Source: an uncultured Acidobacteriota bacterium
Lineage (GTDB): Bacteria; Acidobacteriota; Vicinamibacteria; Vicinamibacterales; SCN-69-37
Direction of reading: 5' to 3'
Assembly (NCBI GenBank): GCA_963739035.1
Contig: CAVTYZ010000012.1
Location: 161,852 to 225,851, forward strand
DNA length: 64,000 bases
Under the pieces are notes generated by a model. That model saw only the letters and a program-made list of their open reading frames with translations, ran no database searches and was not told the DNA's origin. This document shows, piece after piece, positions 22,001 to 30,881 of this stretch (position 1 is its first letter; the number at the start of each line of letters is the position of its first letter). The translations under genes and the position numbers were made by a program.

Positions 22001-22136
22001 GGGGATGTGCGATCTGTGATTGTGGATTGCATCTGTGATTGAGGCATTGAGGATTGTGGATTGAGAACTCCGAAATCCACAATCTTCAATCGCAAATCTT
22101 TCAATGCGATCCTCAATCGCAGATCGCAAATCCAGC
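22001..22136. repeat. ~135-bp AT-enriched imperfect palindrome built from ~9 heptamers per arm (GATTGNG / CNCAATC periodicity). Probable bidirectional terminator between convergent ssb and the cupin gene.
   Basis: Left arm: GATGTGC GATCTGT GATTGTG GATTGCA ... ATTGAGG ATTGTGG ATTGAGA. Right arm: AATCCAC AATCTTC AATCGCA AATCTTT ... ATCGCAG ATCGCAA. Core stem attgtggatt (22053-62) pairs with aatccacaat (22074-83). The outer 28 nt pair at 6/7 per heptamer, with a 14-nt mismatched internal region. Confidence 0.8.
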
Positions 22137-22141
22137 AATAG

Positions 22142-22525
22142 TTACTTATCCGTCCGCCCGTACCGATCCTCCAGCCTGACGACATCCTGTAACTCCGGCG
22201 TCGAGGCTTCGAACACGTCGGCGTCCTCGATCGCGGTCATCCGGTGCACGGTCTTCGGCGTGACGTGCACGGCCTCGCCCGGCTGCATCTCGCGCTTCGT
22301 CAGCACGCCGTTGATCTCGATTTCGAACAGCAGCTTGCCTGACCAGAGGTAAATCGTCTCGTCCTTGACGTTGTGGTACTGCAGGCTCAGGGCGTGTCCC
22401 TTGTTGATGTGGATCACCTTGCCGACGTAGCGATCGGTCTTCGCCCAGTGCAGTTCGTATCCCCACGGCTTCTCGACGCGCGTGACTTCGTGCATGCTCT
22501 GACTCCTTCGATCGTCTTGGCTCAA
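22142..22525 (-). CDS. Cupin-domain protein (mannose-6-phosphate isomerase type II C-terminal-like); intact
   Basis: ORF 22142..22525 contains KPWGYELHWAKTDRYVGKVIHINKGHALSLQYHNVKDETIYLWSGKLLFEIE...GEAVHVTPKTVHRMTA. The likely start is the internal ATG at 22495 (MHEVTRVEK), preceded by GAAGGAG. Confidence 0.75.
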   Translation of the reverse strand: MSQDDRRSQSMHEVTRVEKPWGYELHWAKTDRYVGKVIHINKGHALSLQYHNVKDETIYLWSGKLLFEIEINGVLTKREMQPGEAVHVTPKTVHRMTAIEDADVFEASTPELQDVVRLEDRYGRTDK

Positions 22526-22567
22526 GGCTCAGGGCTCGAGACTCAACACTCAACACTCAAGATTCAA
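22519..22567. repeat. Tandem array of seven heptamers (NNCTCAA), overlapping the rapZ stop and lying upstream of the cupin gene
   Basis: Read directly: GGCTCAA GGCTCAG GGCTCGA GACTCAA CACTCAA CACTCAA GATTCAA. Confidence 0.8.
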
Positions 22568-23476
22568 CTTGCCGCGACGTCGCGATGGCGCACCCGCACG
22601 TCGACACCCGTGAGTGACTGGAGACGTCCGGCGAGCTCCTCGGCAATCGCGACCGAACGGTGCCGCCCACCGGTGCATCCCACCGCGATGGTGAGATAGG
22701 TCTTGCCCTCCGCGATGTAGTGCGGCACGAGAAATCGCAGATAGTCCGTTCGTCAGACGCACGAATCGCCGCGCCGTTCGAGTGCGCGAGCACGTACTCG
22801 GCCACGCGGGCGTGCCGGCCGCTCCACCGCCGCAGCGACGCGACAAAGTGCGGGTTCGGCAGAAACCGCACGTCGAACACGAGGTCGGCGTTCTCCGGCA
22901 CGCCGTGGCGGAATCCGAAGCTGAGCAGCGTGACGCCGAGCGGCGCCACTCGTCTCGGTGCCGCCGACGGTCTCGAGAATGCGCCGCCGCAACTCGTGTA
23001 CCGTCAGCGCGCTCGTGTCGAGCACCTGATCGGCAATTCGCCGGATGGGCTCGAGCAGCCGCCGTTCTTCCAGCAGGCCCTCCGGCGACCGTGCGGTTGA
23101 GCGCGAGCGGGTGCGGCCGGCGCGTTTCGCTGAACCGCCGCAGCAGCGTGCTGTGGCCGGCGTCGAGAAACACGAGCCGACCTGGTTGGGATCCGGCGCT
23201 CTTCTTCAGCCGCCGGTAGGCCGCAGGAAATGTCGCCAGCGCGCGGCCTTCGCGCACATCCACGACGACCGCCGCCCGCCGGACGCCGCCGGGCGCGCGA
23301 AGCGTGAGATCGGCAAAGGTCGGAATCAGCGCGACCGGCAGGTTGTCGACGCAGAAGTACCCGAGATCCTCGAGCGCGCGAATCGCGTGTGACTTGCCCG
23401 ATCCGGACAGGCCGGTGACGACGACGAAGGCGGCCGACGCGCGCGGGACGACCGCGCAGTCGTGCGCGGCGCTCAC
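22557..23476 (-). CDS. rapZ: RNase adapter protein RapZ (YvcJ family P-loop NTPase); frame-broken
   Basis: [38 protein letters not shown] (ORF 22550..23521). C-terminal half [28 protein letters not shown] (ORF 22557..22949). The start codon lies somewhere in 23476-23521. Confidence 0.8.
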
Positions 23477-23528
23477 GGCTGATGCGCGCTGTCTGGCTCG
23501 GTGGGGGCTCGCCGCGGCCACGGAGGGC

Positions 23529-24956
23529 TCAGTACACCACTTTCCGCTGGTTCGACGTCGGGATCCTCAGCTCCTCGCGGTACTTCGCGATGGTCCGACG
23601 CGCGAGCACGAGACCTTCCTTCTGCAGGATGTTCATGATCTTCGAGTCGCTGAGCGGCCGCTTCTGATCCTCGGCGCCGACGATCTTCCGGATGCGCTCC
23701 TTGATCGTCACCGACGAGACGTTCTCGCCGTACGAGCTGCTGATGCCGCTGTGGAAGAAGAACTTCAGCTCGTAGACGCCCTGCGGCGTGTGCATGTACT
23801 TGTTGTTGACGACGCGCGACACCGTGGACTCGTGCATGCCGATGTCGTTCGCGACGTCGCGCAGCACCAGCGGCCGCAGATGCTCGATGCCCTGATCGAG
23901 GAACGCGCGCTGGAAGTTGATCAGGCTCGTCGCGACCTTCACGATCGTCTTCTGGCGCTGATCGACGGACTTGAGCAGCCACAGCGCCGCGCGGAACTTG
24001 TCCTTCACATACGCGCGCGTCTCGTCCGAGACCTCGCCGCCCTTGTCGAGCAGCCGCCGGTAGACCGGGCTGATGCGCAGCTGCGGCAGGCCGTCCTCGT
24101 TCAGCACCGCGCGGTAGCCGTCGTCGGTCTTGATGACGTAGACGTCCGGGATGACGTACTGCGAGTCGGCCGGACTGTAGCGCGAGCCCGGCTTCGGATC
24201 GAGGCGCTTGATGACCTCGATGTGCTGCTTTGACTTCCTCCGGCTCGATGCCGAGCGCCTTGGCCAGTTCCGGAAACCTGTGGTTCTGCAGCAGCCGCAG
24301 GTGATCGCGGACGAGCACCTCGACCGGCGTGCCGGCGAGCCCGAGGTGGCGAATCTGAATGCAGCAGGCACTCCTGGAGGTCGCGCGCGGCGACGCCCAC
24401 CGGATCGAACGACTGCACGAACTCGAGCGCGCGTTCGACGGCGGTGACATCCCACCCGCCAAGCGTGGCGATCTCGTTGACGGACGCCACGAGATAGCCG
24501 TCCTCGTCGAGGTTGCCGATGATCGCCGGCGCCGATATCGCGCACGTCCTGCTCGCTCTGCTGCAGGTTCAACTGCCACATCAGGTGGTCGGACAGCGAC
24601 CCCTTGCTCGAGAGCGTGTTCTCGATCGGCGGCAGTTCCTTGACTTCCTGCGGCTGCCGCGGCCGGTAGCCATCGTCGAGGTACTCGCCGAAGAAATACT
24701 CGTAGTCCTGGTCGTCCCAGGCGTCGTCTTTGCCGTCGTCCTTCTTCTGCTCTTCCGCCTGTTCGGCCGGCGTCGCTTCCTGGACGGGATCCTCGGCCGG
24801 AACCTCCTCGAGCATCGGGTTCTCGACCATCTCCTGGTTGAGCAGCTCGGCCAACTCGATCGTCGTCATCGGCAGCAGCTTGATCGCCTGCTGCAGCGAC
24901 GGCGTCAGGATCAGCTTCTGGACGAGACGCGCGTGAAGTTTCTGTTGAATCGCCAT
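23529..24956 (-). CDS. rpoN: RNA polymerase sigma-54 factor; a pair of internal frame breaks
   Basis: ORF 23529..24956. N-terminus [51 protein letters not shown]-terminal HTH and RpoN box: [37 protein letters not shown]...[10 protein letters not shown]. The central part (about 24100-24490) reads correctly only in ORF 24101..24490. Confidence 0.9.
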   Translation of the reverse strand: MAIQQKLHARLVQKLILTPSLQQAIKLLPMTTIELAELLNQEMVENPMLEEVPAEDPVQEATPAEQAEEQKKDDGKDDAWDDQDYEYFFGEYLDDGYRPRQPQEVKELPPIENTLSSKGSLSDHLMWQLNLQQSEQDVRDIGAGDHRQPRRGRLSRGVRQRDRHAWRVGCHRRRTRARVRAVVRSGGRRRARPPGVPAAFRFATSGSPARRSRCSSAITCGCCRTTGFRNWPRRSASSRRKSKQHIEVIKRLDPKPGSRYSPADSQYVIPDVYVIKTDDGYRAVLNEDGLPQLRISPVYRRLLDKGGEVSDETRAYVKDKFRAALWLLKSVDQRQKTIVKVATSLINFQRAFLDQGIEHLRPLVLRDVANDIGMHESTVSRVVNNKYMHTPQGVYELKFFFHSGISSSYGENVSSVTIKERIRKIVGAEDQKRPLSDSKIMNILQKEGLVLARRTIAKYREELRIPTSNQRKVVY

Positions 24957-24988
24957 TTAAACGAACAACACCCGGATGCCAGTCCATC

Positions 24989-25717
24989 TTAATCCAGCCG
25001 GAAATCCGCCCCGAGGTAAATCCGCTTGACGTCCTCGTCTGCCGCCAGGCCGCCCGGCGTTCCGCTGCGAAAGATCACGCCATCGTGCACGATATACGCG
25101 CGATCGGTGATTTTGAGCGTTTCCCGGACGTTGTGATCCGTGACCAGCACGCCGATCCCCCTGTCCTTGAGGTGTACCACAATCTTCTGAATGTCGGCGA
25201 CGGCAATCGGGATCGATGCCGGCAAACGGCTCGTCGAGCAGGATGAATTTCGGATGGTTGACGAGCGCGCGCGTGATCTCGACGCGCCGCCGCTCGCCGC
25301 CCGACAGCGTGTAGGCGCGCGAGCGCGCCAGCGGCGTGAGGCCCAGCTCCGACAGCAGCTCCGACAGCCGCCGCTGCCGCGTCGCGCGATCGATCGGGCA
25401 GCGTCTCGAGGATCGCGAGGATGTTCTGCTCGACCGTCAAGCCCGCGGAAGATCGACGGCTCCTGCGGAAGATAGCCGATGCCTTTCCGCGCGCGCACGT
25501 ACATCGGATCGGCGGTGACGTCTCGATCGTCGAGCAGCACGCGGCCCGAGTCGGGCCCGGTCAGCCCCACGACCATCCCGAAGGTCGTCGTCTTCCCTGC
25601 GCCGTTCGGGCCGAGCAGGCCGACGACCTCGCCCGATGAGACGTCGAGGTCCACGTCGCGCACCACGGTGCGGCCGGCGTAGGACTTCGTCAGCCTCTCG
25701 GTCCGCAGCGTCGCCAT
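24989..25717 (-). CDS. lptB: LPS export ABC transporter ATPase LptB; two or more frame breaks
   Basis: ORF 24989..25717. Walker [15 protein letters not shown], then [13 protein letters not shown]. End segment [32 protein letters not shown]. The middle segment ([11 protein letters not shown] in ORF 25075..25440; [11 protein letters not shown] in a third frame) is shifted. Confidence 0.9.
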   Translation of the reverse strand: MATLRTERLTKSYAGRTVVRDVDLDVSSGEVVGLLGPNGAGKTTTFGMVVGLTGPDSGRVLLDDRDVTADPMYVRARKGIGYLPQEPSIFRGLDGRAEHPRDPRDAARSIARRGSGGCRSCCRSWASRRWRARAPTRCRAASGGASRSRARSSTIRNSSCSTSRLPASIPIAVADIQKIVVHLKDRGIGVLVTDHNVRETLKITDRAYIVHDGVIFRSGTPGGLAADEDVKRIYLGADFRLD

Positions 25718-27348
25718 CTATTTGGCAGTAGGGGTCGGGCAGGGAATGGAGCGTCGCGGCGCGCCGCCCGCGGCGTTCTGATCCGCAGGAAAGTCCGGTG
25801 CGCCGAGCTCCCCGCGGAAGCGCGCCATGCTGCCTTCCTGGGCGTAGCACGTGCCGTCGTTCTCGCGGTTGATGATGCGTGAGCGGCTTGCCCCAAAGCT
25901 GATAGAGATCCTCGCGTGCTTCGTACACCAGACGATCGCCCCGAGCCTCACGGCCGCCTTCGAGCACCGCGTGCACGCGGTCCGTCGCCTCGAGCCGATC
26001 GAGCGTGCGCGACTCCTTCGCGAGCACAAGGTCCATGGCGTCGGCCGTCGTATTCGCCCCCGTCGGCAGCTTTTCAGATGCGGCGGAACCTGTGTATTTC
26101 GCGGTCCGGGCTTTCGGTGTACACGAGCAGATCGGCAGACGCGCGGTAGTTGCCGGACGCCGCCTTCGAGTCCTTCCCGTCTGCCGGGCTGGGCGCGATG
26201 ACGAATGCCGAGTCGACGTGACCCTTGGCGATGAGGTCCTGCCGTTCTCGCGCGTAATCGATGCGGTCGGCCTGCACGATCTCCCGCTGTTGGGCTGCTG
26301 CACGCGCGCGAGCGTGGTCCCCTGTCCGATGTAGGTCGCCGTTTTCGCGGCGTCATCGTAGCGGAACTCGGCCGCGAACCCATAGATCGGGTCCCGGGCT
26401 GTTGAAGATGGAGTTCTCCGACGACTGGCCCGCACGTCTTCGACGGCGTTGTCGCCGTGTCCGACGTCACCGCGGGCATACAAGCTGCCCGTATCGAGGT
26501 ACGCCGTGATCAGCTCGACGGCCTCGACGTTCATCCCCGCGTCGCCATTGGTGACGCTCGCTTTCTTCCCGGCGTCTGGCGGTTCGGCTGAAGATCCATT
26601 TCACCGCTGCCCGCGCGATAGACGCCGACGATCACCGAAGCCGCGGATGTCACCGTCCGTGATCTCGACGGCCTGCTCGAACCGGGCCTCCTCAATCTGG
26701 TCCAGCTGGCCCTTGATGCACGAGCCGCAGGGTTCGCGACTTCCCGACGCGTTTGGTCGCCGCCCCGCCGCGCCCGCCGCCCGTCTCCTCGAACTCGGCG
26801 CCACCGTCGAAGACGGCCGACGTCAGGCCGCGCTTGTCGTCACCGGTCGACGCCAGCGTGGCGCCCGTGATCCTGCGCGCCGGCGCGCCCGGAGCCGCCG
26901 GCAGCCGGACGATCACGCGCCCTTTGCTGTCGGCGCGGCGCGGCATCGAGCTTCGTGAGCGTCTTGCCGTCAGGCGCCGTCGTGAAATCGATGCGGTCGG
27001 CCTCGATCGATCGCCGGCCTTCCGCCGCTCGGCTGGTGCATGGTCGCGCCGCCGATCAGGCGGGCCTGCTGGAGCGCCTGACTGCCGTCGTAGAACGCGA
27101 GGTCGATGTCGTCCGCGCGCATCTCGGGCAGGTCGGACGTCTGCCCTTCACGGGCGCGACCGTTGCGTGGCCGCGGAGCTCGATCAGGCGAATGCGCTCC
27201 TCGTCGGGCGACAGGTACAGCGTGGCCTGATCGCCGGTCAGCGTGTCCGCGGATCGCTCGAGACGGGCGTTCTCGTCGAACAGCATCGACTGCGCGTCGC
27301 GGCGTGTACGTCATCGTGCGCCGCCGACGCCCGCAGCGGCTCCTCATT
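25718..27348 (-). CDS. LptA/OstA-like periplasmic protein, about 3x the usual length; heavily frame-broken
   Basis: Sits immediately upstream of lptB (TAG at 25718-20, then the lptB ATG). OstA-like strands recur: ADRIDYARERQDLIAKGHVDSAF (ORF 26074..26277), EADRIDFTTAPDGKTL, GDQATLYLSPDEERIRLIELRGHATV (ORF 27056..27286), DRLVYEAREDLYQLWGKP (ORF 25437..26534). The start ATG at 27346-48 overlaps the upstream stop (ATGA). Confidence 0.55.
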
Positions 27349-27921
27349 CGTCGTTCTCCGACGCGATATTCACCTTGGCGTCGGCGAGCAGCCGGAAGAT
27401 TCCGGTGTCCCGTTCGTAGTTGCCGCCCGTGCCCGTGCCGGACATCCGGCCGCGCGTGAACGACGACGCGCCCCGGCACGTTCGGCAAGCCCTGTCACTT
27501 CGCTGTAGGTGCCCGATCGCCCCTTCAGCTCCGTTCCGTCCTTGGTCTCGAGCTGCACGCCTGGCCGTTGAGCGTCATCTCGTCGGGCTTGCCGCCGCCC
27601 ATCGAGTCGCCGCGGGCTTCGACGCGGTCCGGCCGAGAGTCGCGTGCCGTCATGAAGGCGGTACTCGAACTTCTCCCAGACCACGCGGCTGTTCTCGTAG
27701 CTTCGAAGCCTGGTCGTACGTCACCGTGCCGAGCAGCTCGTCGCCGCGATAGCGCAGGTCCTTTCCGGCACCCGACTGCATCTTCGCCGCCGGATCGGCT
27801 CGGGCTCGTGACTGCGTGGGGCCTGCGGCTGTCCGCTCACGCGTGAGGAAGATAGACGGCCGCCGGCCGTGCCGACGCCGACGGACGCCACCACGATCCG
27901 GGCGACCTTCTGCCATCTCAT
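27344..27921 (-). CDS. LptC-like membrane-anchored protein; frame-broken
   Basis: N-terminal anchor [19 protein letters not shown] (ATG at 27919-21). Beta-rich segments: KDLRYRGDELLGTVTYDQASKL, VVWEKFEYRLHDGTRL, VQLETKDGTELKGRSGTYSE. It ends ...LLADAKVNIASENDE with the TGA at 27344-46. The position upstream of lptA-lptB supports the call. Confidence 0.45.
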
Positions 27922-29679
27922 GCGAAGGCCCCGGTCGAGCGGTTCGACAGGCATTCGCACGTCGGCCACGGTCAGCTCGGTCACGCGCTCGCCCCGGTAC
28001 TCGCTCTGCATCGAGCGAGTACGCCAGCTCGAGGCCGAACCGGTTGGCCGTCAGGTAGTCCTCGCGCTCGCGCCGCGCGCCAGGCGATCGCGCGAAACGA
28101 CCGGTTGCCCTGCCGGAAGACCAGCGACAGGTGCCGCTCCTTGAGGCGCCGCGGCGCGGCCGCCAGAATCGACGGGCGACGCCCGGAACACCGGCTTCGG
28201 GATTGGCCGCGCCGAACGGGCCCGAGCCGGCCGAGCGCCTGCACGACGTCGCCCGAGATGTCGCCGAGGCCGAGCGGCGCGTCGATGCGCAGCCGCGGCA
28301 CGAGATCGTCCGGCCCGAGCCGCTCGTTGGCGTAGGCCGACAGCCGCCGGCGCAGCTCGTCGATCCGGCCGGCCTCGAGCGTGACGCCGGCGGCGAGCTT
28401 GTGCCCGCCGAAGCGCAGGAACACGTCGCCGCAGGCTTCGAGGCCCGCGAGCAGATCGAACGCGCGGATGCTCCGGCCCGACCCGGTGGCCACGCCGTCC
28501 TGGATCGACAGCACGAGCGCCGGCTTGTGGTACGCGTCCACGAGCTTCGACGCGACGATGCCGATGACGCCGCGATGCCAGCCCTCGCCGGCGACGACGA
28601 GCATGTTCTGCCCGCCGATGTCCGGGTCGCCGTCGACGAGCCGGCGCGCCTCGGCGAGAATCGCGGCCTCCTGCTCCTGCCGCTCGGTGTTCTCCTCCGA
28701 CAGCTGCCGCGCCAGATCCTTCGCGCGCGGTGCGCGTCTCGGCGTCGCGGCCGCGCAGCAGCAGCAGGTCGAGCGCGAGGTCGGGCGACCTCATGCGGCC
28801 GGCGGCGTTCAGGCGCGGCGCCAGCATGAAGCCGACGTGAAAGCTGTCGAGCTGCCGGCCGAGCAGGCCGCAGTCGGCGAGCAGCGCTTCGATGCCCGCG
28901 GCGTGCGGACCGGCGGACAGCCGCTGCAGGCCGCAGTGCGCGATGACGCGGTTCTCGCCGACGAGCGGCACGACGTCGGCCAGCGTGCCGATCGCCGCGA
29001 CCTTGACGAAGTGCGGCAAGGCTGCGAGACCGCCGGCCGCTCGCGAGGAGCAGCGCCTGCACGAGCTTCAGCGCGACGCCGACGCCCGGCCAGGTGCTTG
29101 TCCGGATAGGCGCAGTCGCGCCGCTTCGGGTTGATCACCGCGAGCGCCGGCGGCAGCGCGGCGTCGGGCTCGTGATGGTCGGTGATGATGAGGTCGATGC
29201 CCGAGGCCTCGCGCGCGCGCGGCCGCCTCGTCGGCGCGGATGCCGCAGTCGACCGAGACGATCACGCGCGCGCCTTCCGCGTGCAGCCGTTCGACGGTTT
29301 CCGGCTGCAGGCCGTAGCCGTCCTTGTGACGGTCGGGGACGAAGTGCGTGACCTTGCCGCCGGCCAGCTCGATCGCGCGCCGCAGGATGACCGTGGCGGT
29401 GATGCCGTCCACGTCGTAGTCGCCGTGGATCGCGATCGACTCGCCGCGCGCGATCGCCGCCAGCAGCCGATCGACGGCCGGGCGCATGTCGGTCAGGAGA
29501 AACGGATCGTGCAGTTGGCCGAGGTCGGGCGAGAGAAAGCGGCGGGCCTCCGCCGGGTCGCTCAGCCCGCGCTGGCACAGCAGCCGCGCGATCACCGGCG
29601 GCACGCCGACCGCCGCGGCGATCTCGCGAACGACCGCCGCGTCGACGGGCACGTCCTCCCAGACGCGGCGTTGCATCAT
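27918..29679 (-). CDS. recJ: Single-stranded-DNA-specific exonuclease RecJ; frame-broken, stop not resolved
   Basis: ORF 29068..29679 ([24 protein letters not shown]...[43 protein letters not shown]...IVSVDCGI). Later segments in ORFs 28051..29019 and 27981..28604 ([31 protein letters not shown]...[13 protein letters not shown]). Confidence 0.85.
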
Positions 29680-30822
29680 TCCTTCATTCCGGGGGGCTTC
29701 GCCCGCACCGCTTCTGAGTCAGAAGAGTTGGCGCGCGACAGCTCGCTCCTTGGACCTGTCGCACCTGTCGCACCCGAGCTCGTGTCCTCGAACGAGTGCC
29801 CGAGCCGGCCCATCGCCCGGAACTTCGCGTAGCGCGCGTCGAGCCGCTCGGCCGACGTCAACGCGCGCACCTCGGCGAGATGGCGCATGATGGCCTCGTC
29901 GACGAGCGCAGCCGCGGCATCGGAATCCAGGTGCGCGCCGCCGACCGGCTCCTTGACGATCTCGTCGATCAAGCCGAGCGCGAGCAGATCCGGCGCCGTG
30001 ATCTTCAGCGCTTCGGCCGCCTCGACCTTGCGCTTCGCGTCGCGCCACAGGATCGCCGCGCAGCCTTCGGGCGGGATGACGCTGTAGACGCTGAACTCCT
30101 GCATCAGGACGCGATCGCCGACGGCGATGCCGAGCGCGCCGCCGCTGCCGCCTTCGCCGACAGACGACCACGACGATCGGCATGTCGAGCAGCGCCATCT
30201 CGCGCAGGTTCAGCGCGATCGCTTCGGCGACGCCGCGTTCCTCGGACTCGATGCCGGGATAGGCCGCCGGCGTGTCGATGAAGACGATCACCGGCCGCTT
30301 GAACTTCTCGGCCAGCTTCATGACGCGCAGCGCCTTGCGATAGCCCTCGGGCTTCGCGTAGCCGAAGTTCCGGTAGATCTTCTGCTTGGTGTCGCGGCCC
30401 TTCTGGTGGCCGATGATGGCCACGGGCTCGCCGTGAAAGAAGCGCGAAGCCCGGCGACGATCGCCTTGTCGTCGGCGAACCGGCGATCGCCGTGCACCTC
30501 GGTGAACTCGGTGAACAGCCGCTCGACGTAGTCGAGCGTGGACGGCCGGTTCGGATGCCGGGCGACCTGCACGCACTGCCACGGCTTGAGGGTCGCGAAG
30601 ATCTCGGCGCGAAGCGCGTCCGGCGCGCGCCTCGAGCTGCGCGATCGACGCCAGCCGCTCGGGCGTCTGCGGCATCATGCGGAGCGCCTCGATTTCCTTC
30701 AGCAGGACCGCGACGGGTTCTTCGAAGTCCAGCGTCTCGTTCGTGCTGGCGTTCCGCTCCGCTTCATTTGAGGACGACCGTGCCCGTGCCGCAGACCGCT
30801 TCGACGTCCCGCACGAATCCAT
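29676..30822 (-). CDS. accA: Acetyl-CoA carboxylase carboxyltransferase alpha subunit; frame-broken, start approximate
   Basis: Segments: [17 protein letters not shown] and [70 protein letters not shown] (ORF 29719..30822); [13 protein letters not shown] (ORF 30318..30572); [15 protein letters not shown] (ORF 29676..30104). The stop overlaps the recJ ATG. Confidence 0.85.
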
Positions 30823-30881
30823 CGGTCGGCCGGATCCGCCGGGCCGTGGCGGCGCGCACGCGCAGTCCGCCGGTCCGCCGT

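Noticed and set aside
22001-22136. oriC or DnaA-box cluster. ATCCACAAT occurs three times in the ssb-cupin palindrome, TTTTCCACA in the 50.5-kb hairpin, and a 12-mer CTTTTCCACAGA is shared between 43980-43991 and 50552-50563.
   Set aside because: The matches are partial (7/9 at best). The loci lie between convergent genes, with no dnaA or dnaN nearby. The 43980 copy lies in the rimI coding sequence (..AVILWKR). A rough estimate shows that shared 12-mers are expected in large numbers within a 64-kb window. The box-like words are better explained as parts of the inverted repeats themselves.
22519-22567. CRISPR-like array. Regularly spaced short repeats occur at 22519-22567, 22001-22136 and 43836-43971.
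   Set aside because: The repeat unit is 7 nt with no intervening unique spacers, and there are no cas genes in the window. These are tandem or inverted heptamer arrays, not CRISPR.
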